64,000 nt of DNA from contig OZ219747.1 in NCBI GenBank assembly GCA_964291265.2, positions 416,001 through 480,000 on the forward strand, in the 5' to 3' direction. Both the position numbers and the translations under genes were made by a program. The notes under the pieces are model-generated. The model was not told the origin of the DNA. It made no database searches and was given only the letters and a program-made list of their open reading frames with translations. Shown in pieces: positions 51,075 through 60,963 of the stretch. Source of the stretch: Alphaproteobacteria bacterium (GTDB lineage: Bacteria > Pseudomonadota > Alphaproteobacteria > SP197). How positions within the stretch are numbered: position 1 is the first letter of the stretch; each line of letters opens with the position of its first letter.

Positions 51075-51814
51075 CCTACGCCCTTCAGTTTCAGGATCTG
51101 ACCCTCGGCTACGACCGGCATCCGGCCGTGCATCGCCTGCATGGCGAGATCGCGGAGGGAAGCCTGACTGCTGTCGTCGGACCGAACGGGGCCGGAAAGT
51201 CCACGATGTTGAAGGGAGTCATCGGTGCACTCCGCCCACTGGAGGGACGGATTACCCTTGGTGGGCTCACGCGGAACGAGATCGCCTACCTGCCGCAGCA
51301 GTCGGACGTCGACCGGTCATTCCCCATCACAGTCGCCGACCTCGTGAGCATGGGGCTCTGGCGGGAGATCGGCGGCTTCGCCGGCTTGCGGGCCCGCCAT
51401 CGCACACGCATCGCCGATGCGATTTCCGCGGTCGGACTCGACGGGTTCCAGAAACGTCCGATCGGGTCGCTGTCGGTCGGACAGGTACAGCGCACGCTCT
51501 TTGCGCGGCTTCTCCTCCAGGACGCACGGCTCGTCCTGCTGGACGAGCCCTTCAACGCTGTTGACGCAAGAACGATGGCGGACCTGATCGGTGTGGTGCG
51601 GCGCTGGCACGGCGAGGGCCGCACGGTGCTTGTCGTCCTGCACGACTTCGACACGGTGCGGGCCCACTTCCCTCGCACGCTGATGCTCGCCCGGGAGCTC
51701 GTGGCCCATGGACCCACGGCGCAGGTTCTGACGGCCGAGAACCATTTCCGGGCGCGCCAGATGTGCGAAGCCTGCGTTGGCTTCCCGCATACCTGCGGGC
51801 GGAGCGCGGCGTGA
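51071..51814 (+). CDS. Zn/Mn ABC transporter ATPase (AztA/ZnuC-like)
   Basis: GPNGAGKST, AYLPQ, LSVGQ.QR, LLDEPF, VLHD. Confidence 0.92.
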   Translation: MTYALQFQDLTLGYDRHPAVHRLHGEIAEGSLTAVVGPNGAGKSTMLKGVIGALRPLEGRITLGGLTRNEIAYLPQQSDVDRSFPITVADLVSMGLWREIGGFAGLRARHRTRIADAISAVGLDGFQKRPIGSLSVGQVQRTLFARLLLQDARLVLLDEPFNAVDARTMADLIGVVRRWHGEGRTVLVVLHDFDTVRAHFPRTLMLARELVAHGPTAQVLTAENHFRARQMCEACVGFPHTCGRSAA

Positions 51815-52680
51815 TGTGGGAGGCACTTGTCCAGCCCTTTGCCGATTTTGGCTTCATGCGGCGCGCACTCGTCGGCTGCGTGGCGATATCCCTGGGCGCA
51901 ACGCCCGTCGGGGTGTTCCTGATGCTGCGCCGCATGAGTCTGACTGGAGACGCGATGGCCCATGCGATCTTGCCGGGAGCGGCCGTCGGCTTTCTTGTCG
52001 CAGGCCTCTCGCTTGGAGCGATGACCGTGGGCGGGCTGATCGCGGGCATGACCGTGGCGCTTCTTGCGGGGTTCGTGACCCGAGCCACCGCTCTGCAAGA
52101 GGACGCGAGCCTCGCGGCCTTCTACCTGATCTCGCTGGCGACCGGCGTGCTGATCGTGTCCACTCGAGGCAGCAACGTCGACCTGATGCATGTGCTGTTC
52201 GGTACCGTGTTGGCACTCGACAACGCTGCCCTGATCCTGCTCGGCACCATCGCGAGCGTTACGTTGTTCACGCTTGCGGTGCTGTTCCGGCCGCTCGTGC
52301 TCGAATGCGCGGACCCGCAGTTCCTGCGTTCGGTCAGCAAGCTCAGCGCCGTTGCGCACTTTGCTCTTCTCGTCCTCGTCGTGCTCAACCTCGTGGGCGG
52401 ATTCCAGGCGCTCGGCACGCTGATGGCGGTCGGCATCATGATCCTTCCCGCCGCCGCGGCGCGGTTCTGGACGGTGAGCGTCGGTGCATTGATCGCCGTC
52501 GCGACAGCCATCGGGATGCTCTCAAGCGTGAGCGGACTTCTTCTCTCCTATCATTTCAGCCTGCCCTCCGGTCCGGCGATCATCCTTGTCGCCGGTCTCG
52601 CCTATGGGTTCTCCCTGGTCCTTGGCCCGGTCAGCGGCCTTGCCGCGCGAGCCTTCTGGGGCCGCTACCTCGAAGCCTGA
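51814..52680 (+). CDS. Zn/Mn ABC transporter permease (AztB/ZnuB-like)
   Basis: FMRRAL, RRMSL.GDAMAHAILPG, LFG, P.GPAI. Confidence 0.92.
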   Translation: MWEALVQPFADFGFMRRALVGCVAISLGATPVGVFLMLRRMSLTGDAMAHAILPGAAVGFLVAGLSLGAMTVGGLIAGMTVALLAGFVTRATALQEDASLAAFYLISLATGVLIVSTRGSNVDLMHVLFGTVLALDNAALILLGTIASVTLFTLAVLFRPLVLECADPQFLRSVSKLSAVAHFALLVLVVLNLVGGFQALGTLMAVGIMILPAAAARFWTVSVGALIAVATAIGMLSSVSGLLLSYHFSLPSGPAIILVAGLAYGFSLVLGPVSGLAARAFWGRYLEA

Positions 52681-52692
52681 AGGATGCTTGCC

Positions 52693-53751
52693 ATGCCCAC
52701 TCGCAGAAACTTCTTGAGCTCTGTTGCCGCTGTTCCCCTTCTGTCGCTCGCCTCTCCGGTCGCCGCGCAGTCCAGCAATCCGATCAAGGTGGTCGCCACC
52801 TTCTCGATCCTCGGCGACATGACAAGGCGAATCGGAGGCGAGCATGTCGATGTCACGACCCTCGTCGGTCCTGACGGGGATACGCATGTTTACCGGCCAA
52901 CACCCGCAGATGCCCGGGCCGTCAGCGAAGCGGAAATCGTTGTCGTCAACGGACTGGAGTTCGAAGGTTGGCTGGACCGTCTGATCGACGCTTCGGAATT
53001 CAGCGGTGTCCGGGTGGCGGCGACCGACGGCATCGAGCCGATCGCCTACGAGCGCGACGACCACGATGATCATGACGATCACGATGATCACGACGACCAT
53101 GACGATCACGACGACCATGACGACCATGACGATCACGAAGACCACGATGATCACGACGACCATGATGATCACGACGATCACGACGACCATGACGACCACG
53201 ATGATCATGACCATCACCATGGCGCCTTCGACCCCCACGCCTGGCAGAGCCTCCGCAATGCCATCGTGTACGTGAACAACATTGCTGCGGCGCTGTCCGA
53301 GGCCGACGCGGACAATGCCGGCACGTTCTACCGGAATCGCGAGGCTTATGTGGACGAACTCGAGGCCCTCGATTCGGAATTCCGCGACACCTTTGCCCAG
53401 CTTCCCGAGGGCAGCCGAACCGTCGTCACCTCACACGACGCGTTCCAGTACTTCGGTCGCGACTACGGGCTGATCTTCCTGTCGCCGCAAGGGCTCAGCA
53501 CCGAATCGGAGGCATCCGCACAGGAAGTCGCTCGGCTCGTCAAGCAGATACGCGATCAGGACATTCAGGCCGTCTTCGTCGAGAACATCGCGGACCACCG
53601 CCTCCTGGAACGCATTGCCGACGAGACAGGAGCCGCCATCGGCGGCACGCTCTATCCAGGCGCGTTGTCCGACTCCGACGGTCCGGCACCGACCTATCTC
53701 GACATGATGCGGCACAACGCGACAACGATCATGCAGGCGCTGACCCCATAG
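52693..53751 (+). CDS. Zn ABC substrate-binding protein (AztC/ZnuA-like) with Tat signal and His/Asp loop
   Basis: TRRNFL, VVATFSILGD, D.H.Y.PTP, DPHAW, HDAF.Y. Confidence 0.93.
   Translation: MPTRRNFLSSVAAVPLLSLASPVAAQSSNPIKVVATFSILGDMTRRIGGEHVDVTTLVGPDGDTHVYRPTPADARAVSEAEIVVVNGLEFEGWLDRLIDASEFSGVRVAATDGIEPIAYERDDHDDHDDHDDHDDHDDHDDHDDHDDHEDHDDHDDHDDHDDHDDHDDHDDHDHHHGAFDPHAWQSLRNAIVYVNNIAAALSEADADNAGTFYRNREAYVDELEALDSEFRDTFAQLPEGSRTVVTSHDAFQYFGRDYGLIFLSPQGLSTESEASAQEVARLVKQIRDQDIQAVFVENIADHRLLERIADETGAAIGGTLYPGALSDSDGPAPTYLDMMRHNATTIMQALTP
53056..53220 (+). repeat. Coding 9-bp tandem repeat: 17 x (D/E)DH plus DHHH
   Basis: GAY GAY CAY units counted directly. Confidence 0.95.
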
Positions 53752-54135
53752 AGGCGGGAGCGCGGTATCAGGAAGGGACCATCCTTCGATGGGTTGAACG
53801 GCGCGATACTGCCGTTGTTCCCGCCACGCGACGCGCGGCCAGCGAAGCGGGCCGCGTGGCTTGGGACCGGTTCGACGCGGACACTGACCACATGGCTGAA
53901 GAGCCTGCTTCAGGTTGACGGGGGCAGCGGTCGGGATTGTCCGAGATAAGCGAACGCGGTTGCGAACAGGGCTTCGCAGCGAGGTCCGCGGAACATCCGG
54001 ACAACGGTTCGAGGGTGCCATCGCAGCCCCGAACCGGTCCTTCGTCCCGCCTGCCCGGTCGGCAGCCCCGAAGGTGCGGTTGTCCGATCCGGTCGCGGGA
54101 CTGTAGTGTTGCTGCACAATCTCGGAGGAGGAACC

Positions 54136-55017
54136 GTGCAGCACACGACACGTCCGCGGCGCAGCGTTCTCTACATGCCGGGATCCAACCCCCGGACGCT
54201 CGAGAAGGCGAAGACACTTGCCGCCGACGGGCTCATCTTCGACCTCGAGGACGCCGTCGCTCCCGATGCGAAGGACGAGGCGCGCAGCCTTGTCTGCGCG
54301 GCGGTGACGCAGGGCGGTTACGCGAAACGCGAGATCATCATCCGCGTCAACGGGCTGGCTACGCCATGGGGGCGTGACGACATCATGCGCGCAGCATGCT
54401 CCGGCGCCCATGCCCTGCTGTTGCCCAAGGTCGAGGGCGCCGAAGACATTCGCGAGGCACTGTCCCTGATGGACGCCGCCGGGGCGCCGCAGTCGATGTC
54501 GGTGTGGTGCATGATGGAAACACCGCTCGGCATCCTCCATGCGGAACGGATCGCCTCGGCCAGCCCGCGGATCGGTGCCCTGATCATGGGGACGTCGGAT
54601 CTCACCAAGGATCTGGGAGCGAGGCACACGCCCGATCGCATCGCCATGTCGACGAGTCTCGGCACATGCGTGCTGGCGGCGCGGGCCTTCGGCATCTCGA
54701 TTCTCGATGGCGTGTTCCTCGATCTTCGCGATGACAGCGGATTCGAGGCCGCCTGCATCCAGGGCCGCGACATGGGATTCGATGGAAAGACCGTCATCCA
54801 TCCACGCCAGGTCGCGCCTGCCAACAACGTGTTTGGACCGACCGCCGAGGACGTTGCCTTGGCGCGGCGCATCATCGATGCCCACACCGAGGCCTCGGCC
54901 AGGGGACGGGGCGTGGTCGTGGTCGATGGCAGGCTGATCGAAAACCTCCACGTGGCGGAAGCACGGCGTACCCTTGCCCTTGCCGACGCCATCGAACAGA
55001 TGACCGCCGGTTCATGA
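54136..55017 (+). CDS. CitE family CoA-ester lyase/thioesterase (Mcl2-like)
   Basis: RRSVLYMPGS, FDLEDAV, IRVN, PKVE, MMET, GTSDL, DGV, GK..IHP.Q; RBS GGAGGAGG. Confidence 0.88.
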   Translation: MQHTTRPRRSVLYMPGSNPRTLEKAKTLAADGLIFDLEDAVAPDAKDEARSLVCAAVTQGGYAKREIIIRVNGLATPWGRDDIMRAACSGAHALLLPKVEGAEDIREALSLMDAAGAPQSMSVWCMMETPLGILHAERIASASPRIGALIMGTSDLTKDLGARHTPDRIAMSTSLGTCVLAARAFGISILDGVFLDLRDDSGFEAACIQGRDMGFDGKTVIHPRQVAPANNVFGPTAEDVALARRIIDAHTEASARGRGVVVVDGRLIENLHVAEARRTLALADAIEQMTAGS

Positions 55018-56063
55018 GGCCCTGCAGCGGCCATTTCCTCGAGGACTTCGACGTCGGAAGGGTCTTCCGCCACGCCACCCCGCGCACCGTCACGGCAGGT
55101 GACCGGGCGCTTCATGTCGCTCTCACGGGATCGCGGTTCGCCATGGCCTCGGCCGATACCTTTGCCGCCTCCTGTGGCTTCGCCAGGGCGCCGGTGGATG
55201 ATGTCCTGGTATTCAACTTGATCTTCGGCAAGACCGTCCCCGACATCTCGGCCAACGCCATCGCCAATCTCGGCTACGCCGCCTGCCGGTTCACCGCACC
55301 GGTTCATGAAGGGGACACGCTCGATGCCGTCTCCGAGGTCATCGGCCGCCGGGAACTCTCCAATGGCCGGTCCGGCATCGTCTGGGTGCGTTCGACCGGC
55401 CGCAACCAGGCCGGGAAGGCCGTGCTCGACTATGTCCGCTGGGTGATGGTGAACAAGCGTGATCCGGCAAGCCCTGCGCCGGAAGCCATCGTGCCGACGC
55501 TTGCCGACGCCGTCGATCCCACTTCGATCGTGATCCCGCAGGCACTCGATCTGTCAGGGTACGACTGGGCGGCGGCCGGCGATGGCGCGGACTGGGATTC
55601 CCTCGTGTGCGGTCAGCGGTTTGACCATGTCGACGGGATGACCGTCGAGGAAGGAGAGCACCAGATGGCAACGCGTCTCTACCAGAACACGGCGCGGGTC
55701 CATTTCGATCAACACCGGTCTTCCACCACCCGCTTCGGCCGGCGAGTCGTCTACGGCGGCCACATCATCAGCCTCGCCCGCGCCCTCTCGTTCAACGGCC
55801 TGTCCCACGCCTGCCTCGTCGCCGCCCTCAACGGCGGCCGGCACACGGCGCCGACCTTCGCCGGAGACACCATCTATGCCTGGTCGAACGTTCTGACAAA
55901 GGCAAAGGTCGATGGCCGCCGGGACATCGGTCTGGCGCGCCTGCGCACCGTGGCGGCGAAGAACCACCCGTGCGACGACTTCCCCGACCGCGATGACCAT
56001 GACCGCGACCATCCCGACAAGGTGCTTGATCTCGACTACTGGGTGGTGATGCCACGGCGTTGA
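55014..56063 (+). CDS. mch: Mesaconyl-CoA hydratase (double MaoC)
   Basis: G.F.EDF..G....HATPRTV, FGKTVPDIS.NA.ANLGY, ATRLYQNTA.VHF, YGGHIIS.ARALSFNGL, LDLDYW. Confidence 0.82.
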   Translation: MRPCSGHFLEDFDVGRVFRHATPRTVTAGDRALHVALTGSRFAMASADTFAASCGFARAPVDDVLVFNLIFGKTVPDISANAIANLGYAACRFTAPVHEGDTLDAVSEVIGRRELSNGRSGIVWVRSTGRNQAGKAVLDYVRWVMVNKRDPASPAPEAIVPTLADAVDPTSIVIPQALDLSGYDWAAAGDGADWDSLVCGQRFDHVDGMTVEEGEHQMATRLYQNTARVHFDQHRSSTTRFGRRVVYGGHIISLARALSFNGLSHACLVAALNGGRHTAPTFAGDTIYAWSNVLTKAKVDGRRDIGLARLRTVAAKNHPCDDFPDRDDHDRDHPDKVLDLDYWVVMPRR

Positions 56064-56091
56064 CCCGCACCGCGCCGGGACATATAGACTC

Positions 56092-56511
56092 GTGACCATG
56101 TCGACTGCTCAACCAGATGACGAGGCTGGCGCCGCGCGGCCACTGTCGCCCCACCTCCAGGTCTATCGCCCGCAGATCACCTCCGTCCTTTCCATCACCC
56201 ATCGCCTGACAGGCGCCCTGCTGTCGATCGGCATGGCCGGCCTCGTGGCCTGGCTGGCGGCGGCAGCGGCCGGACCGGAGAGCTTTGCGACGGTGCGTGA
56301 CATCGCCGGCTCGTGGTCGGGGCAAGTCATCCTCTTCATCTGGTCCCTCTGCCTTGTCTACCACCTGCTGAACGGCATCCGGCACCTGGTGTGGGATACG
56401 GGGCGCGGTCTTGAGATGACGTCGGTGCGGGTGTCGGGATGGGCCGTTGTCGGCGGTACGCTCATTCTCACCACCCTTGCCTGGGTGCTTGGCGCCATGG
56501 CGGCCGGATGA
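56092..56511 (+). CDS. sdhC: Succinate dehydrogenase cytochrome b subunit
   Basis: RPLSPHLQVYRPQITSVLSITHR, H.LNGIRHL.WD. Confidence 0.95.
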   Translation: MTMSTAQPDDEAGAARPLSPHLQVYRPQITSVLSITHRLTGALLSIGMAGLVAWLAAAAAGPESFATVRDIAGSWSGQVILFIWSLCLVYHLLNGIRHLVWDTGRGLEMTSVRVSGWAVVGGTLILTTLAWVLGAMAAG

Positions 56512-56858
56512 TGGCGAATCCGAAGCGAGGCGCGCCGCACTGGCGTCACCAGCGTCTGACAGCGCTGGCGCTCATCCCCCTCACCCTTGTCTTCATCGGC
56601 CTGTTGCCTGTTCTCGCGACCGCAGATCATGGGGCCGTCGTGGGGCTCATGGAGACCGTCATCGTTCCGCTCTTCCTGGTGGTGCTTCTGGGTGTCGGCC
56701 TCTGGCACATGAAACTGGGCCTTGAGACCATCATCGACGACTACGTGGGACGAGGATCCTGCGGTTCCGCGCTCAAGGCCCTCGTCACTGCCGCCGCGGT
56801 GGTCCTGGCGGCCGTCGCCGCTGTCTCCCTCGCCATGCTCATGGCGAGCCAGGCATGA
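56508..56858 (+). CDS. sdhD: Succinate dehydrogenase membrane anchor
   Basis: HW..QRLTA.ALIPL, HMKLG...IIDDYV; position in the operon. Confidence 0.92.
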   Translation: MMANPKRGAPHWRHQRLTALALIPLTLVFIGLLPVLATADHGAVVGLMETVIVPLFLVVLLGVGLWHMKLGLETIIDDYVGRGSCGSALKALVTAAAVVLAAVAAVSLAMLMASQA

Positions 56859-58645
56859 AGACCGCCTACACCATCGTCGATCACGCCTACGACGTGATCG
56901 TGGTCGGCGCCGGCGGCGCCGGCCTGCGCGCCACCCTCGGCCTGGCCGAGAGCGGCCTGTCGACCGCCTGCATCACCAAGGTCTTCCCCACCAGAAGCCA
57001 CACCGTCGCCGCCCAGGGAGGGATCTCGGCAGCGCTGGGCAACATGGGTGACGATGACTGGCGCTACCACATGTACGACACCGTCAAGGGCTCCGACTGG
57101 CTCGGCGACCAGGATGCCATCGAGTATATGTGCAAGGAGGCTCCGGCCGCGGTGATCGAACTCGAACACTACGGCGTGCCGTTCTCGCGCACCGCTGAGG
57201 GCACCATCTACCAGCGCGCCTTCGGCGGCATGACCACGGAGTACGGCAAGGGCACGGCCCAGCGAACCTGCGCCGCCGCCGACCGCACCGGCCATGCAAT
57301 CCTGCATACGCTCTATCAGCAGTCCTTGCGTCACGAGGCGCAGTTCTTCATCGAGTATTTCGCCCTCGATCTCATCATGGACGACGACGGCGCATGCCGG
57401 GGCGTGATGGCCTGGTGCCTGGAGGACGGCACCCTGCACCGGTTTTCCGCGTCGCTGACCATTCTCGCGACCGGCGGATACGGCCGCTGCTATCTGTCGT
57501 GTACCTCGGCCCACACCTGCACTGGCGACGGCAACGGCATGGTCCTGCGCGCCGGGTTGCCGCTGCAGGACATGGAATTCGTCCAGTTTCACCCGACCGG
57601 GGTCTACGGCGCCGGTGTCCTCATCACGGAGGGCGTGCGAGGAGAGGGCGGCTACCTCGTCAACGGCGAGGGCGAACGGTTCATGGAGCGCTACGCCCCC
57701 TCGGCCAAGGACCTGGCGAGTCGCGACGTCGTATCGCGCTCCATGACGATCGAGATTCGCGAGGGCCGTGGCGCCGGCGAGGACAAGGACCACATCCTGC
57801 TCAAGCTTGACCATCTCGATCCCGACGTCATCGCCGCGCGTCTCCCCGGAATCTCGGAGAGCGCGAGGATCTTCGCCGGCGTCGACGTGACGCGCGAGCC
57901 GGTTCCGGTGCTGCCGACGGTCCATTACAACATGGGAGGGATCCCGACCAACCATCACGGCGAAGTGGTGGTGCCACGGGACGGCGATCCCGATTCCGTC
58001 GTGCCGGGTCTCATGGCGTCCGGGGAGGCGGCTTGCGTTTCGGTGCACGGCGCCAACCGCCTGGGGTCCAACTCCCTGCTCGATCTCGTCGTGTTCGGCC
58101 GGGCCGCAGCCCTGCGTGCCGCCAGCCTGGTTGCGCCCGGCGGGACGCGCGAGGACCTGCCCCCCGGCGCCGGTGAAGCGACGGTTGAACGCTTCGACCG
58201 GTTGCGTCATGCCGCCGGCGGCACGCCGACGGCCCGGTTGCGCGAGATGATGCAGCGCACCATGCAGAATGACGCCGCGGTGTTCCGCACCGAATCGTCA
58301 CTCCGGGAAGGATGCCGCCGGATGGCGCAGGTCCATGCCGGATTCTCCGACATCCAGGTCAGCGACCGCTCCCTGGTGTGGAACACCGACCTCATGGAAA
58401 CATGGGAACTCGACAACATGCTGCGTCAGGCCGTGGTCACCATCGTCTGCGCCGAACACCGCAAGGAGAGTCGCGGCGCCCACGCCCGGGAGGACTACAC
58501 GGAACGCGACGACGAGAACTGGATGAAGCATACCGTCGCCTGGCTCGACGATGACGGCCGCCACAGGATCGATTATCGGCCCGTGCATCTCGACACGCTG
58601 ACCAACGAGGTGGAGAGCATTCCTCCCCGGTCCAGGGTGTACTGA
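56855..58645 (+). CDS. sdhA: Succinate dehydrogenase flavoprotein
   Basis: [45 protein letters not shown]. Confidence 0.97.
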   Translation: MKTAYTIVDHAYDVIVVGAGGAGLRATLGLAESGLSTACITKVFPTRSHTVAAQGGISAALGNMGDDDWRYHMYDTVKGSDWLGDQDAIEYMCKEAPAAVIELEHYGVPFSRTAEGTIYQRAFGGMTTEYGKGTAQRTCAAADRTGHAILHTLYQQSLRHEAQFFIEYFALDLIMDDDGACRGVMAWCLEDGTLHRFSASLTILATGGYGRCYLSCTSAHTCTGDGNGMVLRAGLPLQDMEFVQFHPTGVYGAGVLITEGVRGEGGYLVNGEGERFMERYAPSAKDLASRDVVSRSMTIEIREGRGAGEDKDHILLKLDHLDPDVIAARLPGISESARIFAGVDVTREPVPVLPTVHYNMGGIPTNHHGEVVVPRDGDPDSVVPGLMASGEAACVSVHGANRLGSNSLLDLVVFGRAAALRAASLVAPGGTREDLPPGAGEATVERFDRLRHAAGGTPTARLREMMQRTMQNDAAVFRTESSLREGCRRMAQVHAGFSDIQVSDRSLVWNTDLMETWELDNMLRQAVVTIVCAEHRKESRGAHAREDYTERDDENWMKHTVAWLDDDGRHRIDYRPVHLDTLTNEVESIPPRSRVY

Positions 58646-58676
58646 CCATGCCGGGTTTACTGACCATGCCGGGTTT
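58641..58676 (+). repeat. 18-bp tandem duplication at the sdhA stop
   Basis: ACTGACCATGCCGGGTTT x2. Confidence 0.9.
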
Positions 58677-58705
58677 CCGTCCGCCACGCTCCGGAGCGAT
58701 TCACC

Positions 58706-59488
58706 ATGGCTGAGTTCAGACTGACAGGGAGTTCGAGAGTGCGGGTCGGCAAGGCCCACCCCGTGCCGCAGGGCAGCACCCGGCGCACCCGCTTCAAGAT
58801 CTACCGCCATGATCCCGACAGCGGCGCCGGCCCGCGCCTCGACACCTTCGAGGTCGACCGCGACACCTGTGGTCAGATGGTCCTCGACGCCCTCATCACC
58901 ATCAAGAACGAGCTGGATTCGACGCTCGTTTTCCGCCGTTCGTGCCGCGAGGGCGTGTGCGGTTCCTGCGCCATGAACATCGATGGCGTCAACACCCTAG
59001 CCTGCACCAAGCCTCTCGATGACATCTCCGGGGACGTCCGGGTCTACCCCCTGCCCCATATGCGGGTCATCCGGGATCTCGTCACCGACGTCTCGCATGT
59101 CTACGGGCAGCTCGCCTCGGTGAAGCCGTGGCTTCGCTCGCAAAGCGCCGCGCCGGAGGCCAGGGAACGCCTGCAGTCACCTCGCGAGCGCGAGAAACTC
59201 GACGGCCTCTACGAGTGCATCCTGTGTTTCTGCTGCCAGACGGCCTGTCCGAGCTACTGGTGGAACGGCGAGACATTTCCAGGTCCCGCCGTTCTCCTGC
59301 AGGCCTACCGCTGGGTTGTCGACAGCCGCGACGAGACAGGCGATGAACGGATCGCGGAACTCGATGGCGCCGACGAACTCTTCCGCTGCCGCACCATCGT
59401 CAACTGCACCAATGCCTGCCCCAAGGGCCTCAATCCGGCTCGCGCCATCGCCGAGGCCAAGAAGCGCGCGGCACAGTCACATCGCTAG
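58706..59488 (+). CDS. sdhB: Succinate dehydrogenase Fe-S subunit
   Basis: [18 protein letters not shown]...CPSYWW, C..I.NC..ACPKGL.P. Confidence 0.96.
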   Translation: MAEFRLTGSSRVRVGKAHPVPQGSTRRTRFKIYRHDPDSGAGPRLDTFEVDRDTCGQMVLDALITIKNELDSTLVFRRSCREGVCGSCAMNIDGVNTLACTKPLDDISGDVRVYPLPHMRVIRDLVTDVSHVYGQLASVKPWLRSQSAAPEARERLQSPREREKLDGLYECILCFCCQTACPSYWWNGETFPGPAVLLQAYRWVVDSRDETGDERIAELDGADELFRCRTIVNCTNACPKGLNPARAIAEAKKRAAQSHR

Positions 59489-59628
59489 TTCCTGCAAAGA
59501 CCACTAAAACAGTGATAATGCGGGATCATTCGCGCCATTAACGGGTTGGGATTTCGCTTGTATGGCGATTGTCGGGTTGAATCGGGCATGTTCAGGTCGA
59601 TGTCGGGGAGTCTTCGCGAGGTGATGCC

Positions 59629-60860
59629 ATGAGACATGTACGCCATCCCCGGATGGAGCTGAGCGAGGTGCGGATCGAGGACATCCAGATCAACCGGAGG
59701 TCCCGGTACGCCATTCCGGCGTTGTTGCTGGGTCTTCAGCATCTCTATGGCGATGGGGAGACCCGCGCCCGTCTGTTCGCGCTTCTCGACGAGCATATGC
59801 ATGTCGGCGTCGACCGCACAGTAGGGCGACCGGGCATGGAGATGTGGCGGATCCTTGTGATGGGCGTGGTGATGCAGGGGCTGGGCTGCGGTGTCGAACA
59901 CCTTCACGAACTGGTGAACGAGCACAGGACACTTCGCCGGTTTCTCGGTCACGAGGCGTTTTCGGATGAGAGGTACGAGTACCAGACGGTGGTGGACAAC
60001 GTCTGTCTGATGCGCCCCGAGTTGTTGGCGCGGGTGGGACAGATGATGGTGGAGAGCGGCCATGTTGTGGCGAGAAAGAAAGCCTGGCGAGCTGTTGCGC
60101 GGGCGCGGTGATTCCTTCGTGGTGGAGACGGACGTTCACGATCCCACGGATGTGAACCTTCTCATGGACGCGAGGCGCTTGCCTGCTCCGGGAGACGGGC
60201 CGTGCGGCGCATGAGCATGATGTGAAGGGTTGGCGCCGGTGGAGCCATCTGACGATGTCGATGAAGGGTCAGTTCAACCAGGTGCGCTCGACCCGCCGCG
60301 CCCGTGCGGACCATGTCGAGGCGTATCGTTGAGACCTGCCGCGGTCTTGTGGAGCTGGCGCAGGTGACGCATCGGGACCTGGCCTTGCGTGGTGCGCCGT
60401 CCTGCAAGCTGGTGACTACCTGATCCCTGTCTGGGTCATGCGAGGCGTCGGATCGACCAAGTGGAGTGCCGCCCTCTCAACGGCGAGACGATCCCGCATG
60501 ACGAGAAGGTGTTCCCGATCTTCGAGAGCCACACGCATTGGATCTCGAAGGGCAAGGCGGGGACGCAAGTGGAACTCGAGGTTCCCAGGCGCTCTTTCCC
60601 GACCTGCGCTGGTGCAGCTTCGACCGCGGCTTCCGCAGCCCTGACAACAGGCCTCGTCTCGACGCGCTTCTCGAACACAACGTGCTGCCACCTCGACACG
60701 TGTCATCGCTGGAAGGGGTGTTTCCCGGCAGGCCCTGGTTCATGGTCGCAAACCACGCGCGAGACGGACAGGAACACCCGCCGACAGTCGTCATCGCGGG
60801 CCGAACGCATGGGCCGTGGTGTTCGGGCGGACCTTGACTCGCGACGAGCGAGCCCCTAAG
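59629..60860 (+). pseudogene. Degraded transposase (IS5-like/ISNCY type)
   Basis: IPALL.GLQ.LY, GRPGM.MW.I, DSFVVETDVH.PTD, GETIPHDEKVF.IFE.HT.WISKGKAG..VEL, SFDRGF; frameshifts and deletions; right boundary approximate. Confidence 0.78.
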
Positions 60861-60963
60861 GGATGTCCGCTCGCAGTATGGGAGGACATGCTTCGGGGCC
60901 ACGCTCTGCCGCGTCCTCCTGTCCTGTGATCAGCAGAGAAATCACTCAAGGAGATGTGCTGTC

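Noticed and set aside
53880-53960. Minus-strand AATCC...CTGCCCCCG resembling a cobalamin riboswitch core
   Set aside because: No clear upstream GGGAA element or B12 box, and no downstream gene on that strand; an Rfam scan would settle it
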